Numbered from the stretch's first letter, positions 32,937 to 41,651 are shown. The stretch: 64,000 bases of DNA from an archaeon (GCA_020057405.1 JAGVFW010000008.1:3218-67217); one strand, 5' to 3'. Program-made: numbers and translations. Notes: generated from the letters alone by a model not told the origin.

Positions 32937-35008
32937 CGGTGGATGCGGCCGTTGGCGATTGAAACGAGCCTATCTTGGAAGGCGGGGTTGAAAAGGTGGC
33001 CGCGCGCCTGGGACATGAGTCTTTCCTTGGCAGCGTAGAAGTTCGAGTAGTGGCTCATGTGATCGTGGTTGGGAATGGACTTGTCGCTGTGCGCGTACTC
33101 GTGCACCACTAGTTCGGTAAGTGCGTTTAGGTGTTCGTGGGTGAAGCGGCCTGCCTTGATGTCGGTGAGGGTGCGCCTGATGAGCGGGTCGCGGAGGTTG
33201 AGTGCCACCCAAGAAGAGGCGAGTGGCAAATGGGCTGAGCCGAGATTGTGCGCTGATTCCTTTCCGCCAAGCACGAGCCCAACGCCAATGTTTTGGGCGT
33301 CACTGTGTGCCGCAAGCTCGCGCGAAATCTCCGAAGCAACTCGGACTAGCCTAGCGCGCGGGTGGTTCGAACCAAAAGCCTGGCGAACGGCGTTTTCTGC
33401 CTGGAATAGCGGGTATGAAACTTGGGAGGAGAGCTGGGTTGCAAAGCCGCCAACCGCTTTTGCAGCTTCCCTCAAGCGCCCTTCGTCTTCCTCTTTTTGC
33501 TCGGGCTTTAGCAATTCGGCGTAGTCGGCGTGCACGTTGAGGCCTTCCTCGAGCTCTTCTGACTCAAGTGATTTTGATAGGAACAAGCGACCTGCCCCGA
33601 ATTCTCGTCGCGCGGTGTTGAGGCTGATTTTCGTTTTCTGTTGCTTTCCGTTCTCTACGCTCACTGCCGGAATGACTTTCTTGTTGGCAATCGAAGGTGT
33701 GAAAAGCCCGCCAAGCGAGAATCCGAGCCTTCGTTTGGTGACTGACACGCCCTTCTTTTCACGCGAGGCGAGCCTTTTGGCAATAGTGTTTTTGATGCCG
33801 TACACAACCGGTATTGCGCTAATCGCGCCTAGGGCATAAGCGCCATACTGTACGCCGTGCTCTGCAATGTCGGGCAGGTTGAGCTTGCTTGCGCCGTAGG
33901 CAAGCGCGGCTGCAGCTGCAACCTTTGCCGTCCTCCCGCCTAGCTTCTTCCAGTCGAACCTTGCCGACTGCAATAGTGCGAGCTCGCGCGGCGTCAGCGT
34001 TTCGCTTTTAAGAAGCAAATTCAGGTAGTTTTTCCTAAGCTTTGGCAGTTTGGCCATGACTGCCTCGTGGACTTCCTGTGGCACAGTGTCGCGCCCGCGG
34101 GTTAGGAGCACTTCAGTCGGAAGTTCGGCAACAAATTTGATGCCATTCGTCGGTTTCTCCCCCTGCACACTGGTAATTGCCAGGCCCGATTGAGTGAAGT
34201 TCAGCTCGCCTGACTGTGTGTGGTGGTAGGCTTGGGCAAAAATGTTTATTGGCCCGATAGGCGTGGCAACCGGTCCAAGCTGCGCGTAACCTTCGCGCGA
34301 GTTCAGCACCGCTTGCTTGCTTTTATACTTGCTCACAATCTGGTACTGCGTTGGGTCGACGAAATTCGCATAGTCTATGATGCTGTAGGTTGGAGCATAG
34401 TTGATCCGGATTCCGCGCGCCTCGACCGAAGTGCCCTGCAGGGGCTTTTTCAGCTTGGAGAATTCTGCAAAATACTCGCCGCCTTCCTTGAAGATACGCA
34501 CGGCATTGTCGCGGGAATTCACTACGACTTCTTTAGAAATTCCTGCAATTGCCTTGAATCCCTGGCCGTGGCCGCCAACGCTGCCCTTCACCTTGCTTGT
34601 TGCGCCAACGGTCAGCAAGTAGCGGATGATTCCCTCGGTGTCTAGCCCGCCCGCTTTATCACTTAGTACGAAGTTGCGCGTGCCGTCCCGGTTTTCTTTC
34701 TGTTCCACCTCGATAATTCCCGGGCCCTCCAATTCCCCGCGTTGTCGCATTGCCAAGTATGCATCCATCGAGTTTTGCACCAACTCCTGAAACGAACGGG
34801 CGCCCTGTGAATGCTGGAGCTCTGCTGCCTGGAGGAATTCCTTTTCCGCAAGAGCCTCGTCAACCTTTTGAGCTGCCGAGTGGATTAGCTCGTCCGCCTT
34901 TTGCTGCGAGCCTCTGCGGATTGCCTCGACAAGCCCATCCATCATCGGGCTTTGTCGGCCTTTGGCGTGGAAATACGACAGATACTTCACGGGTACTCTT
35001 ACGGCCAT
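32933..35008 (-). CDS. GHKL (Hsp90/sacsin-like) ATPase-domain protein with a C-terminal HExxH motif
   Basis: N-box FQELVQNSMDA, G1-like SDKAGGL, G2-like GGHGQGFKA. Central hydrophobic segments (AAAAALAYGASKL, YALGAISAIPVVYGI). C-terminal LVVHEYAHSD...HDHMSH. ATG 35008 lies 7 nt after the upstream stop. TTG 35029 (ORF track) would give a 14-nt overlap. Confidence 0.75.
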   Translation of the reverse strand: MAVRVPVKYLSYFHAKGRQSPMMDGLVEAIRRGSQQKADELIHSAAQKVDEALAEKEFLQAAELQHSQGARSFQELVQNSMDAYLAMRQRGELEGPGIIEVEQKENRDGTRNFVLSDKAGGLDTEGIIRYLLTVGATSKVKGSVGGHGQGFKAIAGISKEVVVNSRDNAVRIFKEGGEYFAEFSKLKKPLQGTSVEARGIRINYAPTYSIIDYANFVDPTQYQIVSKYKSKQAVLNSREGYAQLGPVATPIGPINIFAQAYHHTQSGELNFTQSGLAITSVQGEKPTNGIKFVAELPTEVLLTRGRDTVPQEVHEAVMAKLPKLRKNYLNLLLKSETLTPRELALLQSARFDWKKLGGRTAKVAAAAALAYGASKLNLPDIAEHGVQYGAYALGAISAIPVVYGIKNTIAKRLASREKKGVSVTKRRLGFSLGGLFTPSIANKKVIPAVSVENGKQQKTKISLNTARREFGAGRLFLSKSLESEELEEGLNVHADYAELLKPEQKEEDEGRLREAAKAVGGFATQLSSQVSYPLFQAENAVRQAFGSNHPRARLVRVASEISRELAAHSDAQNIGVGLVLGGKESAHNLGSAHLPLASSWVALNLRDPLIRRTLTDIKAGRFTHEHLNALTELVVHEYAHSDKSIPNHDHMSHYSNFYAAKERLMSQARGHLFNPAFQDRLVSIANGRIHR

Positions 35009-35015
35009 AGTCAAT

Positions 35016-36737
35016 TCATCTCTCAACAAGCTTGAAAATCAATTTTTGTTCCGCAGCGTCGTGACCGTAAAGTGCAATGGCAAGACAACGCTTGGCCCAA
35101 GCGCGGTCCTGCTGGGTAGCGCCCGTGAGTGCAGGGTGGTTGACGTTGACATAAAGGCCAGGCGCGACTGTCTTTTCAGCAGCAGAAGATACCTCCGATT
35201 TCTGAACAAAAAGAAATGGCGAATGATTCTGTGGCGACAAGCTTACTCGATGCACGATTAGCTCCTCTTCAGATTCGTCCTCTGGCTCTTCTTCAAAACC
35301 CATGGCTTTTTTCTCGGCGGCTGGCAGCTTGGAGAAAGGAAATGGCTTTGATGCCCGCCTTTCCTCAAGAAATGCGCCTAAATGGACGGCCGCCTTGTTT
35401 TCAAGCGTTCCAGAATTGAACGGCGAGAAGAATTGGTGGTACGCGCCTTCGCCGTAGAAATTCGCGTCGGCGGTTATGAAGTGAGTTGCATCCAAGTGTC
35501 TTTCGTCGCTTACTACGAGTCGCTTTTGAGGGTCAAGTTTGGGCTCATAAGGCTTTCGAAGGCCATTGGCGTATTCAATGATTTTATCCGTTTTCGCAAG
35601 TGCGCCAAAAGATTGCTTGTATTTGAAGCCAAGTTGGGTAAATCCGCCAAGCATCGCGCGCTTGAAGTCCTTAAAGTCGAGCGCCGCGCGTCCAGTCTTC
35701 CGTTCCCCTTCCATTTCCTGCACGTAATCCCATAACTTTGAGAAGACTATCGCTTCTGCCTGCTTCAGTTCGGGCGTTTCGCGAAAGTCGCGTCGGTTTT
35801 CCCCAACTTGGAATGAGGCGGGCATGTGCACGACTGTTCGGAACGGTTTCGCGCCGTAATTGTAAGGCATCTTGTTAAGCAAAATGCCGCCCGAAGTGAT
35901 TGGCAAGTACCGGCCAGTATTCATCCGCGAGCCGAAGTCGAGGTCAACTACTATCTTCTCGTCGCCAAACGGGATTTCGTACTTTCGAGCGTAACGCGAT
36001 AGCCTAGGCGGACGGTTGAGTTGCCTGCCGTTAAGCTCGATTACAGCGTGCTTTGGGCTCACGTGCTGCAGGTATTCGGATAGCTCTCGTGAAATTTCCT
36101 TAACCTGCCTCTTTGACAGTTCTCCGCTGATTTCGACGCGCGTTCCCGGAGCTGCAGAAGTCTTCTCGAATGCTGCCATGACGTCGTTGCCGGTTGGAGA
36201 GTTATCCGATGGCTTGAGGCTGAATTCAGCTGCAGTCGCGTGGCCGCCTGAGTTGCTCTCCACCCGCACTGCACGGGCGGTGCCAGATGTGAGAAATGAG
36301 AGATTTGAAAGAAAGCCAAGGCCGAAACGGCCAATTTGCTTTGAGGCTACGCCCGTCTCAGCCCTTGCTTTTCCGGAGTAGTACGGCACCGACAGGTTCT
36401 GCATCATCGAGTCAAGCGTCATGCCCCCGCCGTTATCCCTAACGACAACGCCGTTTCTGCCAACTGTGATGCTCACCTTGCCCCCGCCTTTCTCGCGCGT
36501 CGCGTCAACAGCGTTTGAAGCGAGCTCGACAACAGAGCGCGGGAGCTCAAACTGGCTGTTGACAAGGTCAAGAAACTTTCCGCGCACGAAGTGCTCGTCA
36601 AAAGACACTTGGTGGGAAGGCACTTCGCCGCTTCCGTGCACCGCCTTGACAACGCTCTTTCTTAGCTCGGCAAAATGCGCCTTGTCATACTGGGCAATGC
36701 CGAAAAGGCGGTGAGCCGGGATTTCGAAACGAGCCAC
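35016..36737 (-). CDS. GHKL (Hsp90/sacsin-like) ATPase-domain protein
   Basis: N-box VVELASNAVDA, G1 RDNGGGM, G2 IGRFGLGFLS. The order and spacing match Hsp90 (ELISNASDA / DNGIGM / IGQFGVGFYS). The C-terminal ~350 aa are unrecognised and include an acidic tract (EEEPEDESEEE). Confidence 0.8.
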   Translation of the reverse strand: MARFEIPAHRLFGIAQYDKAHFAELRKSVVKAVHGSGEVPSHQVSFDEHFVRGKFLDLVNSQFELPRSVVELASNAVDATREKGGGKVSITVGRNGVVVRDNGGGMTLDSMMQNLSVPYYSGKARAETGVASKQIGRFGLGFLSNLSFLTSGTARAVRVESNSGGHATAAEFSLKPSDNSPTGNDVMAAFEKTSAAPGTRVEISGELSKRQVKEISRELSEYLQHVSPKHAVIELNGRQLNRPPRLSRYARKYEIPFGDEKIVVDLDFGSRMNTGRYLPITSGGILLNKMPYNYGAKPFRTVVHMPASFQVGENRRDFRETPELKQAEAIVFSKLWDYVQEMEGERKTGRAALDFKDFKRAMLGGFTQLGFKYKQSFGALAKTDKIIEYANGLRKPYEPKLDPQKRLVVSDERHLDATHFITADANFYGEGAYHQFFSPFNSGTLENKAAVHLGAFLEERRASKPFPFSKLPAAEKKAMGFEEEPEDESEEELIVHRVSLSPQNHSPFLFVQKSEVSSAAEKTVAPGLYVNVNHPALTGATQQDRAWAKRCLAIALYGHDAAEQKLIFKLVER

Positions 36738-36776
36738 GCTAGAATTCCGCCGAGGAGATTAAAAAAGAGCTTGCCG

Positions 36777-37931
36777 CTATCGGCCCAGCTTCTTGCGCCA
36801 GTCGCTTATTGGAATGTTGTAGGCATAGTCTGCAAACATGTAGGTCTTGCCGAAGTTGGCAAAAACCTCTTCGGGAATGTTTGAGTTTCGGATGTCCTGC
36901 ACGGCTTTCCACTGGCCCGCGTCCTTGAGCTTTTTCAAGGATTGCTTGAGCCGCGTGAGGTAAAGCCTCGCGTCGTCCGAGCCTGCAGTGCGGATGTCAT
37001 CATCAATCCGCACGAAAGAAGGGTCGTCGCCGTAGCGCGAAGCGGCGTGGACGACGACCAAAGGGTGGTAATTCAAGGGCTTTGCTGCCTTTTCGACCGG
37101 AATGAAAGCGTCTACCGGAATTTTCTTCGAGCCGTACATTCCCTGCAGGTAGTGCAGGAACATCCAAATGTTGTAGTGATCGAACTTGTGCTCAACGCGA
37201 TACCACTCTGAACCGGCTATCGCGTCCTTGAAATTCGCAATCGCTTCCGATTTCACGCGCGTTTCGGTTTTTCGCACAGCAACGGCAGTCCGGCCGGATT
37301 CGCCACTCTTGATTGAACTTACGTACGAGCTCAAGCCCAAATAACCGGCTACTGCTGCTAAGGCAATGCCTCCAGCTGCGGATAACCGCTTTGTGCGAGC
37401 CGCGGCTAGTCGTTGGCGAGAAGCGGCCTCTTCGGGACTTAACCGCTCGGCGTTCGGCTTGACTATGCTGAACTCGTTCCGGGATGCCGTTTTCAAGTAA
37501 TTGGCAGTTGCCTTTGGAGCGACAACCAGGTGCACTACCTGCGTGTTGCCCTCCATCTCGAGTCTTTTGAGCAAAACTGGTTCCTTCATCCTTAGGACAG
37601 CAAGTTCCTTGGAGTCCCGCAGCACATTACCCCAGTGGCGTGACAGGCCGGCATCGTCGTAAACGTCTGCATCGCCTTGGCGAATCTTGACAGCCGCAAC
37701 GCGCATCCGCATCTCCTTTGCCTGAAGCTGATTTAACGCCTTGATGCGCTCAGCGCTAAATCCCTTGAGTCTGGAAGTCTCAAGTCGTCTTGCCTCAGTC
37801 GTCCGGTCATTCGTAACATCACTTGGAATCAACGCATTAACAGAAGTCTCGTGGAGCTTGTGTGCTTTAGGATTCAGACGCTCAACTAGAGCACCAGCGA
37901 ATACCTTTGCTCCGGCGTAAACGGCTTTCAC
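36777..37931 (-). CDS. Hypothetical protein with a central TM helix (first gene of the GHKL cassette)
   Basis: 384 aa: a helical N-terminal half, the TM helix GGIALAAVAGYLGLSSYV, and an unrecognised C-terminal domain. A CCTTATTAATCG element lies about 25 nt upstream. Confidence 0.65.
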   Translation of the reverse strand: MKAVYAGAKVFAGALVERLNPKAHKLHETSVNALIPSDVTNDRTTEARRLETSRLKGFSAERIKALNQLQAKEMRMRVAAVKIRQGDADVYDDAGLSRHWGNVLRDSKELAVLRMKEPVLLKRLEMEGNTQVVHLVVAPKATANYLKTASRNEFSIVKPNAERLSPEEAASRQRLAAARTKRLSAAGGIALAAVAGYLGLSSYVSSIKSGESGRTAVAVRKTETRVKSEAIANFKDAIAGSEWYRVEHKFDHYNIWMFLHYLQGMYGSKKIPVDAFIPVEKAAKPLNYHPLVVVHAASRYGDDPSFVRIDDDIRTAGSDDARLYLTRLKQSLKKLKDAGQWKAVQDIRNSNIPEEVFANFGKTYMFADYAYNIPISDWRKKLGR

Positions 37932-38049
37932 GAAAAAGTTGTTTTTTCTGACCTTATTAATCGTTCGGATGGTTAAGACCGCAAGCCGAATGGCCGGGCG
38001 GGTAGTGTTTTAAACGCCCGACTGCCTAAGCTAGCTTTGGTGGTCTACA

Positions 38050-38655
38050 ATGTTCGAGTTACCTAAATTGCCTTATGCATACAACGCCCTTGAACCATTC
38101 ATCGACGAGTTGACTATGACTATTCACCACACCAAGCACCACGCAGCTTACGTTGACAACGCGAACAAGGCGCTTTCGGGAACGCCGTTTGGGGGCGCGC
38201 CAGTTGCCGATGTGGTAATGTCCCTCGATAGCGTTCCAGACGCGGTTAGGACCGCTGTTCGAAACAACGCTGGCGGGCACCTTAACCACTCGCTCTTCTG
38301 GCAGATGATGGGCCCCGGAAAGGGCGGCTCCCCGGGCGGCGAGCTTGAAGAAGCGATTTCAAAGAAGTTCGGCGGCTTTGACAAGTTCACTGAGCAGATG
38401 AATGCCGCTGGCGTCGGAAGATTTGGTTCGGGGTGGGCTTGGCTGGTTTTGAACAAAGGCGAATTGGAAATAATGTCAACACCAAACCAGGACAACCCGA
38501 TTACCGAAGGTAAGCAGCCGATTCTGGGAATCGACGTGTGGGAGCATAGTTATTACCTCAAGTGGAAATCCAATCGAGCCGAATATCTCAAAAATTGGTG
38601 GAATGTAGCGAATTGGGATTTTATGAAAGAGACCTATGTAAGGCTGATTGGCTGA
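38050..38655 (+). CDS. sod: Fe/Mn superoxide dismutase
   Basis: [27 protein letters not shown] and DVWEHSYYL metal-ligand motifs. 201 aa. Confidence 0.95.
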   Translation: MFELPKLPYAYNALEPFIDELTMTIHHTKHHAAYVDNANKALSGTPFGGAPVADVVMSLDSVPDAVRTAVRNNAGGHLNHSLFWQMMGPGKGGSPGGELEEAISKKFGGFDKFTEQMNAAGVGRFGSGWAWLVLNKGELEIMSTPNQDNPITEGKQPILGIDVWEHSYYLKWKSNRAEYLKNWWNVANWDFMKETYVRLIG

Positions 38656-39488
38656 GTTGACTTTTTTAAATTCAGCCAATTTTCAACAAAACTCGCTTTT
38701 TCCGGCTTAAGTTTGGTGGTCGGTATGCTTTCCAAGAATCGACGCACAAAATCTTTTTTATATATTCTTAGATGATAGGACTCTTTTCTGGGCGACCCGT
38801 CTTTAGACATGTACGCCTTTTGAATAGAATATTTCGCGTCGATATCGAGATGTTCCTTGAGCAGAATACGGACTAATTCTAGATATGAATAATTCGTGTT
38901 GCAAAGGTCAGGACATATTTTCGGAGTTTTCCTGACTTTTTCTTTGATGATTTTTATGCACCCTTCCGCATCAAAAAAGCCCCCTATGAACTCAAGAGAA
39001 TTTGCTCTAAAGTCTCCATCGGCCATAAGCAACTTTAGTTTCTCTAGGTCGCGTCTGATTTCTTTAAACAAGAAAAACAATTCGGCATTTCCAACGACAA
39101 CAAACCAGACGTGCCTGCTGCGATTGATGTAACCTTTTACTTTCCTTCCAATGCATACCGATAGCTTCTGGGCGTATTTGTCGATGAACTCTTTTTCTCC
39201 AACCACGCCTACAATATGCCGGTCTGTTTTCCAAGAATATACGTAACCATCACCGAGCAAAGCACCCAGTACATAGAAAAGTTCCTTGCAGAATCTTATT
39301 CTCCTCTTTCTAAAGGGAGAACTGCTTCCTAAAATCCAGCAATAAACCGTGCCTGAAGGAATTCCGTACGTCTCACTAATTAGTCGCACTATCTGGACTC
39401 GTTCAACGCCTTTTGCCTGCAGTTCTTCTAAATGTCGAAACGCTTTCACTCTGACCGCCGAGGGTATTCTGTTCATCATCTCACGCAA
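38634..39488 (-). CDS. Free-standing double-motif LAGLIDADG homing-endonuclease-like protein with an N-terminal HTH
   Basis: Motif 1 [11 protein letters not shown] and motif 2 [13 protein letters not shown] lie about 95 aa apart, as in single-chain LAGLIDADG enzymes. N-terminal helix-turn-helix-like [19 protein letters not shown]. Hand-counted GC is 35-42% in two 60-nt lines, against 60% in a polB line. Its 3' end overlaps the sod 3' end by 22 nt. Confidence 0.8.
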   Translation of the reverse strand: MREMMNRIPSAVRVKAFRHLEELQAKGVERVQIVRLISETYGIPSGTVYCWILGSSSPFRKRRIRFCKELFYVLGALLGDGYVYSWKTDRHIVGVVGEKEFIDKYAQKLSVCIGRKVKGYINRSRHVWFVVVGNAELFFLFKEIRRDLEKLKLLMADGDFRANSLEFIGGFFDAEGCIKIIKEKVRKTPKICPDLCNTNYSYLELVRILLKEHLDIDAKYSIQKAYMSKDGSPRKESYHLRIYKKDFVRRFLESIPTTKLKPEKASFVENWLNLKKSTQPISLT

Positions 39489-39600
39489 ACACTAGAGAAA
39501 CAACAACTGAAAAATTGCTTTTAAGCCGACTTAGAGCGGGTTGCCGGCCTTGCCGGAGTTAAACCCAGCGAATTTATTCGCCCAGCGAGTAGCTTAATTT

Positions 39601-40104
39601 GTGAAAACCGAGAAGGCTGCATTCGCGGCAGGATGCTTTTGGGGCGTGGAGCAGCTCTTTGACGGCGTGCGGGGAGTAGTCTCAACGCGCGCGGGCTACA
39701 CGGGCGGGCACTTCGACAAGCCCACTTACGCGGATGTCTGCAGAGACGCGACGGGCCACGCCGAGGCAGTCGAGGTAGAGTACGACCCGGCGAAAGTGAA
39801 GTTCGAGGAACTCTTGAAGCTGTTTTGGGAAATGCACGACCCCACGCAGGACGACGGCCAGGGGCCCGACATCGGCAGTCAATACCGCTCTGCGATTTTC
39901 TGCCACACTGATGCCCAGAGGAAAGCGGCGGAAAAATCTCTTGCTGAAGAGCAGAAGAAACACGAAGACAAGATTGTCACACAAATCGTGAAGGCAAAGG
40001 AATTCTGGCCTGCCGAAGGCTACCACCAGAAGTATTATTTGAGCCACGCGGTCGCGTGCCACTTGCCAGTAAGTGCCCTAAAGAAAATGGGACTGGCCAA
40101 GTAG
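39601..40104 (+). CDS. msrA: Peptide methionine sulfoxide reductase MsrA
   Basis: AAGCFWGVE catalytic motif, GYTGG..PTY..VC...TGHAEAVEVEYDP. GTG start. Confidence 0.9.
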   Translation: MKTEKAAFAAGCFWGVEQLFDGVRGVVSTRAGYTGGHFDKPTYADVCRDATGHAEAVEVEYDPAKVKFEELLKLFWEMHDPTQDDGQGPDIGSQYRSAIFCHTDAQRKAAEKSLAEEQKKHEDKIVTQIVKAKEFWPAEGYHQKYYLSHAVACHLPVSALKKMGLAK

Positions 40105-40124
40105 CCGATTAGCGGAAGTCCAGT

Positions 40125-40133
40125 GTTTAAAAT
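40125..40133 (+). promoter_or_regulatory. TATA-like box (GTTTAAAAT) for the 40155 gene
   Basis: Centre lies 26 nt upstream of the ATG. Confidence 0.4.
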
Positions 40134-40154
40134 CTGGCGGGATGTATTGAGTCT

Positions 40155-40580
40155 ATGAAATTTCAGGACCTAGGCAAGGCCGCGGACAAGGAAATGGCGA
40201 AGGCCAAAATCAACCCCTACCGCTTCGGGTGGGCCGTCGTGCTGCTATTCCCCATCGTAGCCTTCCTAATCGACAGGGGCTTTTTGCTAAAGTCGCTCGG
40301 CATCTTAATCGCGTTTCCCATAGTGGAATATATTTCAAAGAGCATCGACAACTACGAGGGCCGCTACGGCAGGAAAAGCCTGCTGCACGTCGGCATCTAC
40401 CTTGACCGCATCAACGCGTTTCCAGTCTTCGTCATGAAAGTCGTCGGCCTGTTTTTGCTCTCGACTTGGTTCTCCGACTTATTCGCCGCCTACCTGACAA
40501 GCTACTCGGGTGTAATCACGGCCTACTTGGTCATGGCCGCGGTCTTTCTCTACTACCGCACTACGGTAAACGGCAAGTGA
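40155..40580 (+). CDS. Membrane protein (4 TM), unknown function
   Basis: ATG lies 26 nt after GTTTAAAAT. Four hydrophobic helices. Confidence 0.6.
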   Translation: MKFQDLGKAADKEMAKAKINPYRFGWAVVLLFPIVAFLIDRGFLLKSLGILIAFPIVEYISKSIDNYEGRYGRKSLLHVGIYLDRINAFPVFVMKVVGLFLLSTWFSDLFAAYLTSYSGVITAYLVMAAVFLYYRTTVNGK

Positions 40581-40610
40581 ATCCAAAAAAAGCAGTGCTC
40601 TGGGCCAAGG

Positions 40611-41498
40611 CTAGTCAAGCGGCTCTTCGTGCACGAGAACTTCCCGCACTTGCGGCACTGCCTTGATGACCGCGTACTTCACTGCGCCGGAAATCCGGTG
40701 CGCCCGCCTTAACGACATGCGTTCAGGAAACTGCAGGTGGACGTCAACGTAAATGCCACCGGAATAAGAGCGGGCGCGAAGCTTGTGGAAGCTTAGGACG
40801 CCGTTTTGGCTCATGATTGCCGTCCGGATTTTCGAAATAACTTCATCGTCGGGACCGCCGTCGGTAAGCTCACGGACCGAGTTGGAGCCAATCACGTAGA
40901 CGATACGAATCATGAGGAGCGACACGATTACTGCCGCGATGGCGTCAAGGCGGTAAAGACCTAGGGACGAGCCGAAGAGGCCCAAGAGAACAACCGAGTT
41001 TTGGAGAATGTCCGAAGAGTAGTTGGCGGCTGTTGCCGAAAGGGCCGAACTACCGTACTCGCGAGCCTTTCGGGAGAGGTACCTTGACATCAAGACGTTG
41101 ACGATAATGGTGCAAACGAGAACCGCCAAAACAAGCGGCGTGATTAGAAGCGGCCTTGACTCAAAATAGCGCTCGACTGCCTCAAACAAGATGAAAAAGG
41201 CCGTGAGGAAAATTAAAGTAAGCTGCGCGAGGCCCGAGAGGGCGCCGTACTTCTTGTGGCCGTAAAAGTGGTTGTGGTCGGGCGGCTCCTGCGCCTTTTT
41301 CACGCCAAAGTACGCAAGCAACCCTCCCGCCAAGTCGAAAATGGAGTCAACAAGGACTGCCAAAACGCCGAGGCTGCCAGTCCAGATGACTACGAGAAGC
41401 TTGCTTGAGATAAGAAAAACGTTTGCGACCAGCACCAGTTTGGCCGCGCCCTCCTCGCCGTCGAAAAAACCCATGCAGGAAAAATACTCCGCTGGCAT
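40611..41498 (-). CDS. Cation diffusion facilitator (CDF) family metal transporter
   Basis: Six-TM N-terminal domain with D..FD and H/D-rich loops (HNHFYGHKKYG). C-terminal cytoplasmic domain (VLSFHKLRARSYSGGIYVDVHLQF). Met9 (41474) is an alternative leaderless start, about 25 nt after the TTTAAA immediately upstream of 41498. Confidence 0.85.
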   Translation of the reverse strand: MPAEYFSCMGFFDGEEGAAKLVLVANVFLISSKLLVVIWTGSLGVLAVLVDSIFDLAGGLLAYFGVKKAQEPPDHNHFYGHKKYGALSGLAQLTLIFLTAFFILFEAVERYFESRPLLITPLVLAVLVCTIIVNVLMSRYLSRKAREYGSSALSATAANYSSDILQNSVVLLGLFGSSLGLYRLDAIAAVIVSLLMIRIVYVIGSNSVRELTDGGPDDEVISKIRTAIMSQNGVLSFHKLRARSYSGGIYVDVHLQFPERMSLRRAHRISGAVKYAVIKAVPQVREVLVHEEPLD

Positions 41499-41506
41499 TT
41501 AAAGCA

Positions 41507-41524
41507 ATCCGCCCGAAGGCGGAT
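41507..41524 (-). other. Stable hairpin (7-bp stem, UUCG loop) between the sRNA candidate and the CDF gene
   Basis: Minus strand AUCCGCC-UUCG-GGCGGAU, followed by UGCUUUAAAUG (a TATA-like element and the CDF ATG). Confidence 0.5.
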
Positions 41525-41529
41525 GAACT

Positions 41530-41598
41530 TAAGTCAGACCGTCCGTCAATCGTCACAGCCCCGTAACGGGCTCCGAGTGTTGCATGATCATCACGGAA
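41530..41598 (-). ncRNA. Candidate archaeal C/D-box sRNA (2'-O-methylation guide)
   Basis: The minus strand reads cc-GUGAUGA(C)-ucaugcaacacu(12)-CGGA(D'-like)-15-nt hairpin spacer-GUGACGA(C'-like)-uugacggacggu(12)-CUGA(D). Both guides are exactly 12 nt. It lies in a 153-nt gap between two minus-strand genes. Weaknesses: the D' box is degenerate, the spacer is longer than usual, and the terminal stem is weak. Confidence 0.5.
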
Positions 41599-41651
41599 AG
41601 TATTGGGGTGGGGAAAGCTTAAGAGATGGGCGCAGGATGGTTTCCCGAAGG

